64,000 nucleotides of DNA from Acutalibacteraceae bacterium (GTDB taxonomy: Bacteria > Bacillota > Clostridia > Oscillospirales > Acutalibacteraceae), in the NCBI GenBank assembly GCA_045634985.1, contig JAZRBF010000013.1, positions 23,450-87,449 on the forward strand. The letters are read 5' to 3'. Both the position numbers and the translations under genes were made by a program. Under the pieces are notes generated by a model that searched no databases, was not told the DNA's origin, and saw nothing but the letters and a program-made list of their open reading frames with translations. Numbering within the stretch: position 1 is the first letter of the stretch; each line of letters begins with the position of its first letter. Shown here one piece after another: positions 38,271 through 49,043 of this stretch.

Positions 38271-39209
38271 TCACTTCCTTTCGATTTTTTCGAGCACGGC
38301 TCTGAGCATTTCATCCGTACTCTTGTAATCATCGATGAATATAAACTTCATCTTCTCATCACGCCTGAACCAGGTAAGCTGGCGCTTGGCGTATCTCCTT
38401 GTCTGCATCTTCAGATTATCGATGCACTCCTCAAATGTTTTTTCCCCTGCAAAATATGGATAAAGTTCCTTATATCCGATTGCTTGTTTTGCTGTCCTTC
38501 CGAGCGGATTTTCAAAAAATGCTCTTGCTTCAGCCTCGAGCCCGCATTCAAGCATAATGTCAACTCTTCTGTTGATTCGGTCATAAAGATATTGCCTGTC
38601 CCTTGCATCAAGACAGAATGCTACAGTTTCAAACGGAGTTTCATTGCTGTGCGACATTTCGTTCTGCTCGGTGATTGTTTTACCCGTTGTCCGATAAATC
38701 TCAAGCGCTCTTATAATTCTGCCGAGATTATTCGGATGAAGCCTTGATGCAGCTTCGGGGTCAACGGCGGCAAGCTCATCGAGCAAGACCTGCGCGCCTT
38801 CCGCTTCGGCTCTCTTTCTGAGTTCCTCGCGATATTCAAAATCCGTATCCTCGGGAAGAAACTCTATATTATCGACAAGCGATGAATAATAAAGACCTGT
38901 ACCTCCTGCAAGAACGGCTTTTTTACCTCTTGAATGAATATCGGATATGATATTTTTTGCCATTTCGCAATACTTTGCGACGCTGAAAACATCGTCAGGC
39001 TCGGCAAACCCGATCATATGATGCGGAATGCCCTGCATTTCCTCAACGGTAGGCTTGGCGGTTGCAATATCCATTCCTTTATAAATCTGCATGGAATCGC
39101 AGGAAACCACTTCGGCGCCGATTGCTTTACAAAGAGCAACAGCAAGGGAGGTTTTGCCGGACGCTGTCGGGCCGACTATTGCTATCAACGGTATTTTAGA
39201 CTCTGCCAA
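38271..39209 (-). CDS. miaA: tRNA dimethylallyltransferase
   Basis: 'GPTASGKT', 'DSMQIY', 'GGTGLY', 'YAKRQLTW'. Confidence 0.97.
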   Translation of the reverse strand: MAESKIPLIAIVGPTASGKTSLAVALCKAIGAEVVSCDSMQIYKGMDIATAKPTVEEMQGIPHHMIGFAEPDDVFSVAKYCEMAKNIISDIHSRGKKAVLAGGTGLYYSSLVDNIEFLPEDTDFEYREELRKRAEAEGAQVLLDELAAVDPEAASRLHPNNLGRIIRALEIYRTTGKTITEQNEMSHSNETPFETVAFCLDARDRQYLYDRINRRVDIMLECGLEAEARAFFENPLGRTAKQAIGYKELYPYFAGEKTFEECIDNLKMQTRRYAKRQLTWFRRDEKMKFIFIDDYKSTDEMLRAVLEKIERK

Positions 39210-41178
39210 AATTCTTTTCCAGCTCTCTTTTTGTCATTTCGATTAACACGGGTCTGCCGTGCGGACAGTAACGGATATCAGGCATCGAAAGAAGCTGTTT
39301 TGCAAATCTTTCCATCTCAAGGCGCGATGTGAAGTTGCCTGCCTTGATTGCGCTTCTGCAAGCAACGGAATGGAAAATCCAATCCATCTTTTCGAATGCA
39401 ACATCCTGTTTTTTCTCAACAAATCTGCCTGCGATTTCACCGATAACTTCTTCAACATCATCTGCTGAAAGCTCCATCGGACACTCTCTGACAATAACGC
39501 ATCCGCCGCCGAAATCTTCAACATCAAAGCCTGAGCTGTTGATAAGTTCAAGATTTTCAAGTACTGCGGAATATTCCTCTTTTGAAAGAGTGACAGTCAC
39601 AGGTAAAAGAAGAATCTGCGGAGTTCTTTCTCCGCATTCTTTTTTCAGTTTTTCATAAATGATTCGCTCGTGTGCGGCGTGTTTATCAATGATAACCATT
39701 TTGCCGCGATATTCACAGAGAATATATGTTTTAAAAGCTTCGCCGATAAGAAGAAAATCCTCATCATTGAACGCCTCTTTTTCAACTTTGATTTCAACCT
39801 GAGGCTCTGCAGATTCAACAACAGGAATAACCTCAACCGGTCTTATTTCAACTTCATCAATTCTGACCTCAACGGTTTTCTTTTCTGACGGCGAATGAAG
39901 AAGAATATCTTCGTCCGTTTCAACTGCTTTTGTCGGCTTTGTTTCAGGCGAAGAAACAAACACCGTAGGAGAAACCGCTTTTTCGACAGGTCTGACCTCA
40001 AACGAGGGTTTCGCCGCAGGAGAAGCAGGTTTCGGAGTTTCTTCCTTCGGGGGTTCCGACTTCGGAATATGCTGCCAGAAACCGGAAACAGGTGCAGGCG
40101 CAGATTTCTGCGTCATAACAAACTGTTCCGCAGGGGTTTCAGGTGCTTTGCGGTAATCCTTTGCAATCTCCCTTATCTGCTTGGGTTTATCGCCTGAATC
40201 AAGTGCATTTTTACAAGCATAATAAACCGCATTGAATATCATTCTCTCATCTGAGAATCTGACCTCTGTTTTTGCAGGATGCACATTGACATCAACCAAC
40301 GAAGGGTCAATTGAAATATTAAGTACGCACGATGGGAATTTACCCACCATAATTGAATTTTTATATGCCTCGCTCAAAGCGGCACTTCCTGTGCCTGTTT
40401 TGATAAGACGGTTATTGATAAAGAAAAACTGCATATTGCGATTAGGTCTTGCAGACGAAGGTCTGGACACAAAACCGTTGACGGACACACCATTTGTTTC
40501 GGCTGATGCAGGAATGAGCGAATCAGAAAATTCCTTACCGAAAACTTCTCGCACACAGGTGAGCAAGTCACCTCTGCCGCTTGTGATAAGCACCTGCTTA
40601 CCTTCGCGGATAAAGCGGATTGAAACCTCGGGATGAGAAAGAGCAATTCTGTCAACAACGCCTGCAACAGCATTTGCCTCTGTAACATCTTTCTTGAGAA
40701 ATTTCATTCTTGCAGGGGTGTTATAAAACAAGTCCCTTACAATAATCGTTGTACCCTTGGGGCAACCTGCATCGTCGCAGAGAATCTCTTCGCCGCTTTC
40801 TATAACATAACGTGTGCCGATATCCTCATCTTCAGTTGCGGTCATAACCTCAACTCGTGCAACCGCGCTCACACTTGCAAGAGCCTCTCCTCTGAATCCG
40901 AGAGTCATTATGCTGTTAAGGTCGTTTGCATCAGCAATTTTGCTTGTCGCATGGCTGACGAATGCATTTCTGATATCATCTCTTGAGATACCGCATCCGT
41001 TATCGGTTATGCGGATATAGGTTACACCGCCGTTTTTGATTTCAACGGTAACAGTATCTGCACCTGCGTCAATTGAGTTTTCAAGAAGTTCCTTAACAAC
41101 TGATGCGGGACGCTCAACAACTTCACCTGCGGCTATAAGCTCGGCAAGTTGTTTTGAAAGCACATTAATCTTCGGCAT
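39196..41178 (-). CDS. mutL: DNA mismatch repair protein MutL
   Basis: 'IAAGEVVERP', 'GFRGEAL', endonuclease motifs 'DKHAAHER', 'ACR', 'CPHGRP'. Confidence 0.97.
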   Translation of the reverse strand: MPKINVLSKQLAELIAAGEVVERPASVVKELLENSIDAGADTVTVEIKNGGVTYIRITDNGCGISRDDIRNAFVSHATSKIADANDLNSIMTLGFRGEALASVSAVARVEVMTATEDEDIGTRYVIESGEEILCDDAGCPKGTTIIVRDLFYNTPARMKFLKKDVTEANAVAGVVDRIALSHPEVSIRFIREGKQVLITSGRGDLLTCVREVFGKEFSDSLIPASAETNGVSVNGFVSRPSSARPNRNMQFFFINNRLIKTGTGSAALSEAYKNSIMVGKFPSCVLNISIDPSLVDVNVHPAKTEVRFSDERMIFNAVYYACKNALDSGDKPKQIREIAKDYRKAPETPAEQFVMTQKSAPAPVSGFWQHIPKSEPPKEETPKPASPAAKPSFEVRPVEKAVSPTVFVSSPETKPTKAVETDEDILLHSPSEKKTVEVRIDEVEIRPVEVIPVVESAEPQVEIKVEKEAFNDEDFLLIGEAFKTYILCEYRGKMVIIDKHAAHERIIYEKLKKECGERTPQILLLPVTVTLSKEEYSAVLENLELINSSGFDVEDFGGGCVIVRECPMELSADDVEEVIGEIAGRFVEKKQDVAFEKMDWIFHSVACRSAIKAGNFTSRLEMERFAKQLLSMPDIRYCPHGRPVLIEMTKRELEKNFGRV

Positions 41179-41208
41179 ACGGCACCTCCTTTTCAGTAGT
41201 GATTAAAG

Positions 41209-43809
41209 TTAGTTTTTTGCTTGTTTGGTCAAATCATATAGTACGCTCATTGCTTCAATTGGTGTGAGCGTATTCACATCAAGATTTCTCAATGCTTCAA
41301 CAATCGAATCTGCCGCAGAACTTCCGAATGAAATCTGCTCGGATTCATCGTCCTTCGAAACAGTAACAACCCTTGTTACACCTTCGGTTTCAAGCTCGTG
41401 AAGAACAACCTTTGCTCTTTCAACAACGCTGTTAGGCACACCTGCAAGCTTTGCAACCTCGATACCATAGCTGCCGTCAGCACAACCGGGCACGATTCGG
41501 CGAAGGAAAGTGATATTATCTCCCCTCTTTTTAACGGCGATATTGTAATTCTTAACACCGTCAACACTCTGCTCAAGCTCTGTAAGCTCGTGATAATGAG
41601 TTGCGAAGAGAGTTTTTGCTCCGAGCCTGCGTTTATCAGCGGAATACTCAAGCACCGCTCTTGCAATACTCATACCGTCAAAGGTTGAAGTACCTCTGCC
41701 GATTTCATCAAAAATTATAAGGCTCTTTGCAGTTGCATTTTTGAGAATATCGGCAACCTCATTCATTTCAACCATAAATGTTGACGAGCCTGACGCAAGG
41801 TCATCGCTTGCGCCGATTCGGGTATAAATACCGTCAACAACGCAAAGCTCTGCCGATGCGGCAGGAACAAAGCTGCCTGCCTGCGCCATAAGAGAAATGA
41901 GTGCCACCTGACGCATATATGTTGATTTACCCGCCATATTCGGACCTGTGATAATTGCGCAGCGGTTATCAGCACAATCAAGTCTTGTATCATTGGGCAC
42001 AAACGGATTATCAAGCATTTTTTCAACAACAGGATGTCTGCCGTGTGTAATATCAATCATTGAACCTGCATTCATTACAGGGCAACAATAGTTATTTTCT
42101 GACGCAACCTTTGCAAACGAAACAAGCACATCAACCGCCGCTACACACGAAGCGGTTTTCTGAATTTCATAAAGATGCTCTGCGGTCTTTTTACGGACAG
42201 AATCAAAAATCTCATATTCAAGACGAACGATTCTTTCCTGAGCACCGAGCACTTTTGATTCAAGCTCTTTAAGCTCCTGGGTTATGTATCTCTCACAGTT
42301 TGCAAGAGTCTGCTTTCTGATATATTCTTCGGGAACAAGTTCCTTATATGAATTCGAAACTTCGATATAATAACCGAAAACACGGTTATAACCGATTTTA
42401 AGCTTCTTGATACCTGTCTTTTCCTGCTCGCGAAGCTGAATATCGGCAATATAGCCTTTACCGTTATTGACAATATCGCGAAGGGAATCAAGCTCTTCGT
42501 TGAATCCATCTTTAATCATACCGCCTTCACGCACTGAAAACGGAGGCTCATCGCAGATGGAATTTTCAATCATCTCAACGATTTCATCAAGGGAATATAT
42601 TCCGTTGCAAAGTTCACCGAGCATTGCACTCTTGCAGGAAGCAAGATATTCCTTGATAACAGGCATCCTTGCAAGGGTTGCCGAAAGAGCTTTAAGCTCC
42701 CTTGCGTTTGCGGTTGAATAGGCAATTCTTGTTATCAGACGCTCCATATCCTGGCAACCTGTCAACGAAGAAACAAGGTCATCGCGGAGAATCGGATTTT
42801 CATAAAGTTCCGAAACCGCATTGTGACGCTTTGTTATGCCTGCGATACCGACAAGAGGCTGTTCAAGCCACGAACGAAGCATACGCTTACCCATTGAGGT
42901 CTTTGTTTTATCAAGCACCCAAAGGAGCGAGCCTCTTTTTTCTCTGTTACGCATTGTTTCGGTAATCTCAAGGTTACGCATTGCCGCAACATCAAGACGC
43001 ATAAAGCTGCTGTCACCGTAATAATCAATGCCCTTTATGTTTTCGAGTTCGGTTTTCTGAACGCTTCTGAGATAATCCATAACTGCGCCGAGGACTGACA
43101 CCGCCGCAGGAGCATTCTCAAGACCGAGGTCCGAAAGTGACGCAACCGAAAAATGCTTCATCAGCATTGCGGAAGCTTTTGAAAGATCAAAGCATTCCTC
43201 ATCAAGCAGATCGCAGGAAGAATGGAGTCTTGATTTGACAAAATCAGTCACCTGAGTGAGTTTAAGCACATCAGGGCTGATAATCAGTTCGCTTGGCATA
43301 AATCTGCCGAGTTCATTAATTATCCTGCGCTGTGAGTTTTTGCTTTCAAAGGCGGTAACATGAATACTGCCCGTGGAGATATCGGCAAAGCAAAGACCGA
43401 TTGTGTCCTTTGAAGCGAAAATACCTGCAAGGAAATTATTTTTGCTTTCATCAAGCATCGTACTTTCGATAACCGTTCCGGGAGTGAGGACTCTTGTAAC
43501 ATCTCTCTTAACAAGTCCCTTTGCGGTCGCAGGGTCTTCAAGCTGTTCGCAGATAGCAACCTTATAGCCTTTTGCAACAAGACGGGCGATATAAGAATCA
43601 GCGCTGTGGAAAGGAACGCCGCACATAGGCGCTCTCTCTTCCTGACCGCAATCTCTGCCTGTAAGCACAAGCTCAAGTTCTGCAGAAACAAGCTTTGCAT
43701 CATCAAAGAACATCTCATAGAAATCGCCCAGACGGAACATAAGAATTGTGTCAGGGTAATTCTTTTTGATTTCAAAATATTGCTTCATCATCGGGGTAAG
43801 CTCTGCCAT
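41209..43809 (-). CDS. mutS: DNA mismatch repair protein MutS
   Basis: 'TPMMKQY', 'GDFYEMF', 'TGPNMAGKST', 'DEIGRGTS', 'SYGIEVA'. Confidence 0.97.
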   Translation of the reverse strand: MAELTPMMKQYFEIKKNYPDTILMFRLGDFYEMFFDDAKLVSAELELVLTGRDCGQEERAPMCGVPFHSADSYIARLVAKGYKVAICEQLEDPATAKGLVKRDVTRVLTPGTVIESTMLDESKNNFLAGIFASKDTIGLCFADISTGSIHVTAFESKNSQRRIINELGRFMPSELIISPDVLKLTQVTDFVKSRLHSSCDLLDEECFDLSKASAMLMKHFSVASLSDLGLENAPAAVSVLGAVMDYLRSVQKTELENIKGIDYYGDSSFMRLDVAAMRNLEITETMRNREKRGSLLWVLDKTKTSMGKRMLRSWLEQPLVGIAGITKRHNAVSELYENPILRDDLVSSLTGCQDMERLITRIAYSTANARELKALSATLARMPVIKEYLASCKSAMLGELCNGIYSLDEIVEMIENSICDEPPFSVREGGMIKDGFNEELDSLRDIVNNGKGYIADIQLREQEKTGIKKLKIGYNRVFGYYIEVSNSYKELVPEEYIRKQTLANCERYITQELKELESKVLGAQERIVRLEYEIFDSVRKKTAEHLYEIQKTASCVAAVDVLVSFAKVASENNYCCPVMNAGSMIDITHGRHPVVEKMLDNPFVPNDTRLDCADNRCAIITGPNMAGKSTYMRQVALISLMAQAGSFVPAASAELCVVDGIYTRIGASDDLASGSSTFMVEMNEVADILKNATAKSLIIFDEIGRGTSTFDGMSIARAVLEYSADKRRLGAKTLFATHYHELTELEQSVDGVKNYNIAVKKRGDNITFLRRIVPGCADGSYGIEVAKLAGVPNSVVERAKVVLHELETEGVTRVVTVSKDDESEQISFGSSAADSIVEALRNLDVNTLTPIEAMSVLYDLTKQAKN

Positions 43810-43886
43810 TTAAGTCTACCGTACCTTTCAAAAAATCCCGCAATAGGTACGGGAATGAATTTCACTCCCGTACCGTAATCGGTTAA

Positions 43887-44300
43887 TTAGTGGCAACCGC
43901 CGCAGGATGAGCATTCACCGCCGCATTCGTGCTGCTCCTGCTGGGGCTCGCAAGTTGCGGGGTCTGCACCCTGAAGGCAAAGAGCAAAGATACCGTTGAT
44001 GTAATTCATAAGGTTATCAATCTCTGTTCTTGCTGCCTGATATGCTGCCATATTGGGGTTAGCCATAATCTTGGTGTAGATTTCACCGAATTCCTTGTCA
44101 TAAGCTTCAAGCTTCTGCTCATTCTTGTCTTCCTTCTGAGCTTCGTGCTGGAATGACATCTGGATAAGCTGAATTCTTGCGAGGAGCTCATTGAGCTCTG
44201 TGTCCTCTTCGCTTGCCTTCTGTGCTGCAACGAAAGCTGTGTAGCGCTCGTCCTGCTGAAGGAGTGCTCCGAGTTCTCTTGCTTTTGCAATTACGTCCAT
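43887..44300 (-). CDS. YlbF/YmcA (Ric)-family regulator with a Cys-rich C-terminal tail
   Basis: Helical 'ARELGALLQQDERY' N-terminus, position between miaB and mutS, tail 'CGGECSSCGGCH'. Confidence 0.8.
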   Translation of the reverse strand: MDVIAKARELGALLQQDERYTAFVAAQKASEEDTELNELLARIQLIQMSFQHEAQKEDKNEQKLEAYDKEFGEIYTKIMANPNMAAYQAARTEIDNLMNYINGIFALCLQGADPATCEPQQEQHECGGECSSCGGCH

Positions 44301-44370
44301 TTTTGTTTCTCCTAACTGAAAAAATATTTTTGATAAATTACGAATTACCGTAAATTATAACCTACATTAA

Positions 44371-45795
44371 TCATTCGCAGAGTTCGCCTCTGAGAATCCA
44401 GGTAAGCGATTCCGTTACCTTAACTTCCCTGAATGAACCGATAACCGATTTATCTGCAGGGAATTCAATGATAATATTGCCTTCTGTTCTGCCTTCAATC
44501 AAGCCGCCTTTGCTGACACTCTCACAAAGCACTCTGTAAGTTTTACCAACCATTGAAGCAGTTCTTTCTGCGGCAATTTTCTCCTGGGCATCAAGCAGTT
44601 CTTTAAACCACTTGCCTTTTTCTTCTCTTGAAACAGGGTCAGGCATTGACGCCGCTTTTGTTCCCTCTCTCGAAGAAAAAATAAATGTAAACATCGAAGT
44701 GAAATTCGCCTTCTGAACAAGAGTTACCGTTTCGCAGAATTCCTCATAGGTTTCACCGGGGAAGCCGACGATAACATCGCTTGTGACAGAAAGATTCGGC
44801 ATCAGAGAATATGCATATTCCAGAAGGCTGAGATATTTTTCTCTTGTGTATCTTCTGTTCATCGCATCAAGCACTCTGTTGCTTCCGCTCTGGAAAGGCA
44901 GATGCAAATGCTTTGCAACCTTCTCACATTCAGCCATTGTTTCAAGCAACTCGTGAGTGCAATCCTTGGGATGAGAGGTCATAAAGCGGATTATGAAATC
45001 TCCATCGATTGCGTTAAGCTCCCGCAGAAGCTGCGAGAAATTGCAACCGTAATCGGGATATTTGCCGTACGAATTGACATTCTGACCGAGAAGGGTGATT
45101 TCTTTATAGCCTTTTGCTATAAGCTCCTTTGCCTCGGCAATGATAATTTCAGGGTCGCGGCTTCTTTCTCTGCCTCTGACATAAGGCACGATACAGTATG
45201 TGCAGAAATTATTGCATCCGTACATTATCGGAATCCACGCCTTGAAGTCGCTGTCGCGGTGAAGCGGCATATCTTCAACAATAACGCCATCAACGTCGGG
45301 AAGCTCATAAATCTTCTTGCCTGCACTCAGACTCCTATAAAGAAATTCGGGAAGTTTATGAATAACATGAGTACCGAATACGATGTCGACAAAAGGATAG
45401 CTTGTCCTGATTTTTTTTGCAATTCTCTCCTGCTGCATCATACAGCCGCAGAGAAGAATTTTCATATCTTTTTTTGCCGCTTTGATATTCTTCAGCGCTC
45501 CGACATTGCCGAAAACTCTGTCTTCCGCGTGCTCGCGGATTGCACAGGTATTATAAAGCACGAGATCTGCTTCATCAAGAGTATCTGTCATAACATAACC
45601 CATTTGCTCAAGCATACCCTTGAGTCTTTCGCCGTCAGCAACATTGCCCTGGCAACCGTAGGTATGGACAAAAGCTTTGGGAGGAGCCTCAAATCGCTGA
45701 CGGATAATCTCCGAAGCAAGCGCAGTAAACTCCTTTTGCCTCTTAACCTCTTCGTCGCTTATGCTGATTTTGATTTTATCAGAACTAACAGACAA
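44371..45795 (-). CDS. miaB: tRNA-i6A37 methylthiotransferase
   Basis: 'TYGCQGN', 'NTCAIRE', 'GCMMQ', radical SAM 'CNNFCTYC', TRAM domain. Confidence 0.96.
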   Translation of the reverse strand: MSVSSDKIKISISDEEVKRQKEFTALASEIIRQRFEAPPKAFVHTYGCQGNVADGERLKGMLEQMGYVMTDTLDEADLVLYNTCAIREHAEDRVFGNVGALKNIKAAKKDMKILLCGCMMQQERIAKKIRTSYPFVDIVFGTHVIHKLPEFLYRSLSAGKKIYELPDVDGVIVEDMPLHRDSDFKAWIPIMYGCNNFCTYCIVPYVRGRERSRDPEIIIAEAKELIAKGYKEITLLGQNVNSYGKYPDYGCNFSQLLRELNAIDGDFIIRFMTSHPKDCTHELLETMAECEKVAKHLHLPFQSGSNRVLDAMNRRYTREKYLSLLEYAYSLMPNLSVTSDVIVGFPGETYEEFCETVTLVQKANFTSMFTFIFSSREGTKAASMPDPVSREEKGKWFKELLDAQEKIAAERTASMVGKTYRVLCESVSKGGLIEGRTEGNIIIEFPADKSVIGSFREVKVTESLTWILRGELCE

Positions 45796-45915
45796 AGCCG
45801 TATTCCTCCATTATTTTGATATAATAATTATATATTATATAATAAAGCGCCACATTATTCAAGAGCAAAATGAATAATACAGCGCTTATTTTTAAAAAAA
45901 ATTATGAATTTTCGG

Positions 45916-46137
45916 TTATTCTTCGTCAAAAAGAGATTCAGCAAGGTCAAACAGCTCATCTTTGCGTTTTTCGGTTTCATAACCGCTTGCAATATAGCCG
46001 TCCGCACCGTCAGAAATGATGATGCTTCCCTCTTTGATTTCACCTTTTATTTTGGATAACTCAATGTAAAACGCGTTACCGAAATCATCAATACAAACCG
46101 CAAAACCGTTAACAATTCTGTCAATACTCAGAAACAT
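45916..46137 (-). CDS. DUF3006-like small protein
   Basis: 'IDRIVNGFAVC...IKEGSII...ETEKRK'; typical partner downstream of ComEC-type MBL genes. Confidence 0.75.
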   Translation of the reverse strand: MFLSIDRIVNGFAVCIDDFGNAFYIELSKIKGEIKEGSIIISDGADGYIASGYETEKRKDELFDLAESLFDEE

Positions 46138-46147
46138 TCTTTTCACC

Positions 46148-47116
46148 TCACTGATTTTCATAGGAAACCGAAAGATCCTTACCGTCAGACTCAATAATTA
46201 TATCGCCGCATATATCAGTCCTGTAAATGATTTCGGTCTGTTTTTTTATTCTCTTGACTGCGCTTTCGTTCGGATGACCGTATTTATTATCTTCACCGCA
46301 TGAAATAATGCAAATTTCAGGAGTTACCGCCGAGAGAAAATCCTTGCTCGACGAAGTGCTTGATCCGTGATGTCCCGCCTTGAGCACATCGCAATCAAGA
46401 TAAGCGCCGTTTTCAAGAATTTCCTTCTCCTCCTCTGTTTCGGCATCGCCTGTAAAAAGGAAGGATTTTTCGCCGAATTCAAGACGCATCACAACAGACA
46501 TATTGTTGATATCCTCGGCATCGTTTGTTACAGGGCCGAGAATTTCAAACTCAGATGTGCCTAATGTATACTTTGCGCCTACCTTTGCTTCAATAACCTT
46601 TGCTTCAGAATTCTGCACAGCCTGAAGAAAATCTTTATATGTGGAATTGGTCGGTGTCTGCTCTTTGGTAAGTCGGGGCATAATTATTTTATCCGCATTG
46701 AATTCAGAAAGCACTTCTGCCATACCGCCGATATGGTCGGAATGCTGATGCGACGCCACGATATAATCAAGCTTTTCCACACCAAGCTTTCTGAGGTAAT
46801 TGATAACCGCATCCTCATACCCGTTTTCACCTGCATCGATAAGCATATATTTGCCGTCGCATTCAACAAGCTCACAATCACCCTGACCGACATCAATATA
46901 ATGCACCTTGCAATAGCTGACGGACGAAGCACCACCATCCGAAGGGTTTTCAATCGGAGCATCCGCCTGCAAATCTATCAAATATCCTGCCAAAGCCACT
47001 GCCGCAACAACAAGAAAAATCAAAACACAGTAAATGACCTTACCTTTTTTCGTTTTGATATTCTTGCCAACATCATCTACGGCCTCTGCTATTTCTGTTA
47101 CCTGTCTTTTTTTCAT
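46148..47116 (-). CDS. ComEC/Rec2-type metallo-beta-lactamase-fold hydrolase, membrane-anchored
   Basis: 'IDVGQGD', '[10 protein letters not shown]', 'FTGDAE', 'KAGHHGS', 'NKYGHP'. It has no competence channel domain. Confidence 0.88.
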   Translation of the reverse strand: MKKRQVTEIAEAVDDVGKNIKTKKGKVIYCVLIFLVVAAVALAGYLIDLQADAPIENPSDGGASSVSYCKVHYIDVGQGDCELVECDGKYMLIDAGENGYEDAVINYLRKLGVEKLDYIVASHQHSDHIGGMAEVLSEFNADKIIMPRLTKEQTPTNSTYKDFLQAVQNSEAKVIEAKVGAKYTLGTSEFEILGPVTNDAEDINNMSVVMRLEFGEKSFLFTGDAETEEEKEILENGAYLDCDVLKAGHHGSSTSSSKDFLSAVTPEICIISCGEDNKYGHPNESAVKRIKKQTEIIYRTDICGDIIIESDGKDLSVSYENQ

Positions 47117-48965
47117 CTTTTTTACCTCTGTTGCCGTTTGTACGGCTGTTTTTTGCATAGGATGCAGGCGATTTCACAGGTGCCCTGACAAGGCATTTAT
47201 CCGAATTGCCTATCAGGTCACTTCTGCCCGCTTTCCTTAACGCTTCAATAACAAGAACTTTCTTTCTCGGATCAAAATACTGAAGCAAGGCCCTCTGCAG
47301 AGCTTTTTCGTGAGGGTCTTTTGCAACATATACTTCCTTCATCGTGTAGGGATCAAGCCCCGTATAGAACATACAGGTCGAAACCGTACCGGGGGTCGGA
47401 TAAAAATCCTGCACCTGCTCGGGACGAATACCGATTTTTTTCAAAAACAAAGCAAGCTCAACGGCATCCTTAAGAGTACTGCCCGGATGCGATGACATAA
47501 GGTAAGGCACAAGATACTGCTCCTTGCCTTCCTTCTTGCTGAAACTGAAATATTTCTTTGAAAATTCAACATATGCTTCGATATGCGGTTTACCCATTTT
47601 ATCAAGCACCGCCGCGGAGCAGTGCTCGGGCGCAACCTTGAGCTGACCGCTGACATGATGAGCAACAAGCTCTCTGAAAAAGCTATCATCTTTATCAGCA
47701 AGCATATAGTCATAGCGTATTCCCGATCGAACGAAAACCTTCTTGATTTTCGGCAACGCACGTACTGTACGCAAAATATCAAGATACTCCGAATGGTCGG
47801 ATTTAAGATTCGGGCAAGGTGCAGGAGCAAGACATTTTTTACCCTTGCAAAGCCCCTTTTTCTCCTGATTCGGACAGGACGGATGGCGGAAATTCGCAGT
47901 CGGGCCGCCGATATCATGGATATATCCCTTGAAATCAGGCAATTCCGTCAGAAGCTTTGCTTCAGCAACAACAGACTCCTTGCTTCTGGTGGTGATATAT
48001 CTTCCCTGATGAAACGCAAGGGAGCAGAAATTACAAGCACCGAAACATCCTCTGTTATGCGAAACAGAAAAACGCACCTCTTCAATACCCGGGATTCCTC
48101 CGTCTTTCTCATACATCGGATGATAAGTCCTCATATATGGCAACGCATAGACCTCATCGAGCTCCTCCTGCGACAGCGGAATTGCAGGCTGATTCTGGAC
48201 AAGCATCCTGCTTCCGTGACGCTGTTTTATCGCTTTACCTCTGAAAAAATCCTGCTCATCCTGCTGAATTCTGCAGGAAACTGCATATTCTTTTTTTGAT
48301 GCGCAAACATTTTCAAACGAGGGACATTCCGCACCGATATATGGTGTTTCACGCACATCCACGCTGTAGCAAGTGCCCCTTACATCTCTGATTTCAGAAA
48401 CAGGCACACCATCATCGAGAAGCTGCGCAATTTCAACCATCGAGCGCTCACCCATACCAAACGAAAGCAGGTCTGCCTGCGAATCAAAAAGAATCGAGCG
48501 ACGTACCTTGTCATCCCAATAATCATAGTGAGCAAAGCGGCGCAACGATGCTTCAAGACCACCTATAACAATCGGAATATCTCCGTAAATTTCTCTTATT
48601 TTGTTGCAATAAACAATGACCGCCCTGTCAGGTCTGAACCCTGCTTTACCGCCCGGACTATATGCATCATCGCTGCGTTTTTTCTTTGCCGCAGTATAAT
48701 GAGCAACCATCGAATCGATGTTGCCGCTGCTGACAAGAAAACCGAGCCTTGGTCTGCCGAAACGCTTGAAATCCTTATCGGAATGCCAATCAGGTTGAGC
48801 AAGAAAAGCGACCCTGAAGCCTTTGCTTTCAAGTACCCTCGTAATTATAGATGCGCCGAAAGAAGGGTGGTCAACATAGGCATCACCGCTGACATAAACA
48901 AAATCAGGGCAATCCCATCCTCTTTCGGTCATTTCTTCTTTTGTGACAGGCAAAAATCTGTTCAT
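47073..48965 (-). CDS. YgiQ-family (UPF0313) radical SAM protein
   Basis: '[11 protein letters not shown]', 'CFGACNFC', '[10 protein letters not shown]'. Confidence 0.93.
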   Translation of the reverse strand: MNRFLPVTKEEMTERGWDCPDFVYVSGDAYVDHPSFGASIITRVLESKGFRVAFLAQPDWHSDKDFKRFGRPRLGFLVSSGNIDSMVAHYTAAKKKRSDDAYSPGGKAGFRPDRAVIVYCNKIREIYGDIPIVIGGLEASLRRFAHYDYWDDKVRRSILFDSQADLLSFGMGERSMVEIAQLLDDGVPVSEIRDVRGTCYSVDVRETPYIGAECPSFENVCASKKEYAVSCRIQQDEQDFFRGKAIKQRHGSRMLVQNQPAIPLSQEELDEVYALPYMRTYHPMYEKDGGIPGIEEVRFSVSHNRGCFGACNFCSLAFHQGRYITTRSKESVVAEAKLLTELPDFKGYIHDIGGPTANFRHPSCPNQEKKGLCKGKKCLAPAPCPNLKSDHSEYLDILRTVRALPKIKKVFVRSGIRYDYMLADKDDSFFRELVAHHVSGQLKVAPEHCSAAVLDKMGKPHIEAYVEFSKKYFSFSKKEGKEQYLVPYLMSSHPGSTLKDAVELALFLKKIGIRPEQVQDFYPTPGTVSTCMFYTGLDPYTMKEVYVAKDPHEKALQRALLQYFDPRKKVLVIEALRKAGRSDLIGNSDKCLVRAPVKSPASYAKNSRTNGNRGKKDEKKTGNRNSRGRR

Positions 48966-49043
48966 ACTTACCTCTCAAACAAAAGGCGGTCAATTAAAAA
49001 ATCAACCGCCGTTTCAATTTGAATAATTTTAATTCCGATGTAA

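Noticed and set aside
44902-45819. 305-aa plus-strand ORF (and 47583-48299)
   Set aside because: Fully antisense to miaB (and ygiQ), with no recognisable motifs; typical shadow ORFs.
46148-47116. Full ComEC DNA-uptake channel or a defence nuclease
   Set aside because: Only the MBL domain with one TM is present, in the common pairing with DUF3006; no defence-system context.
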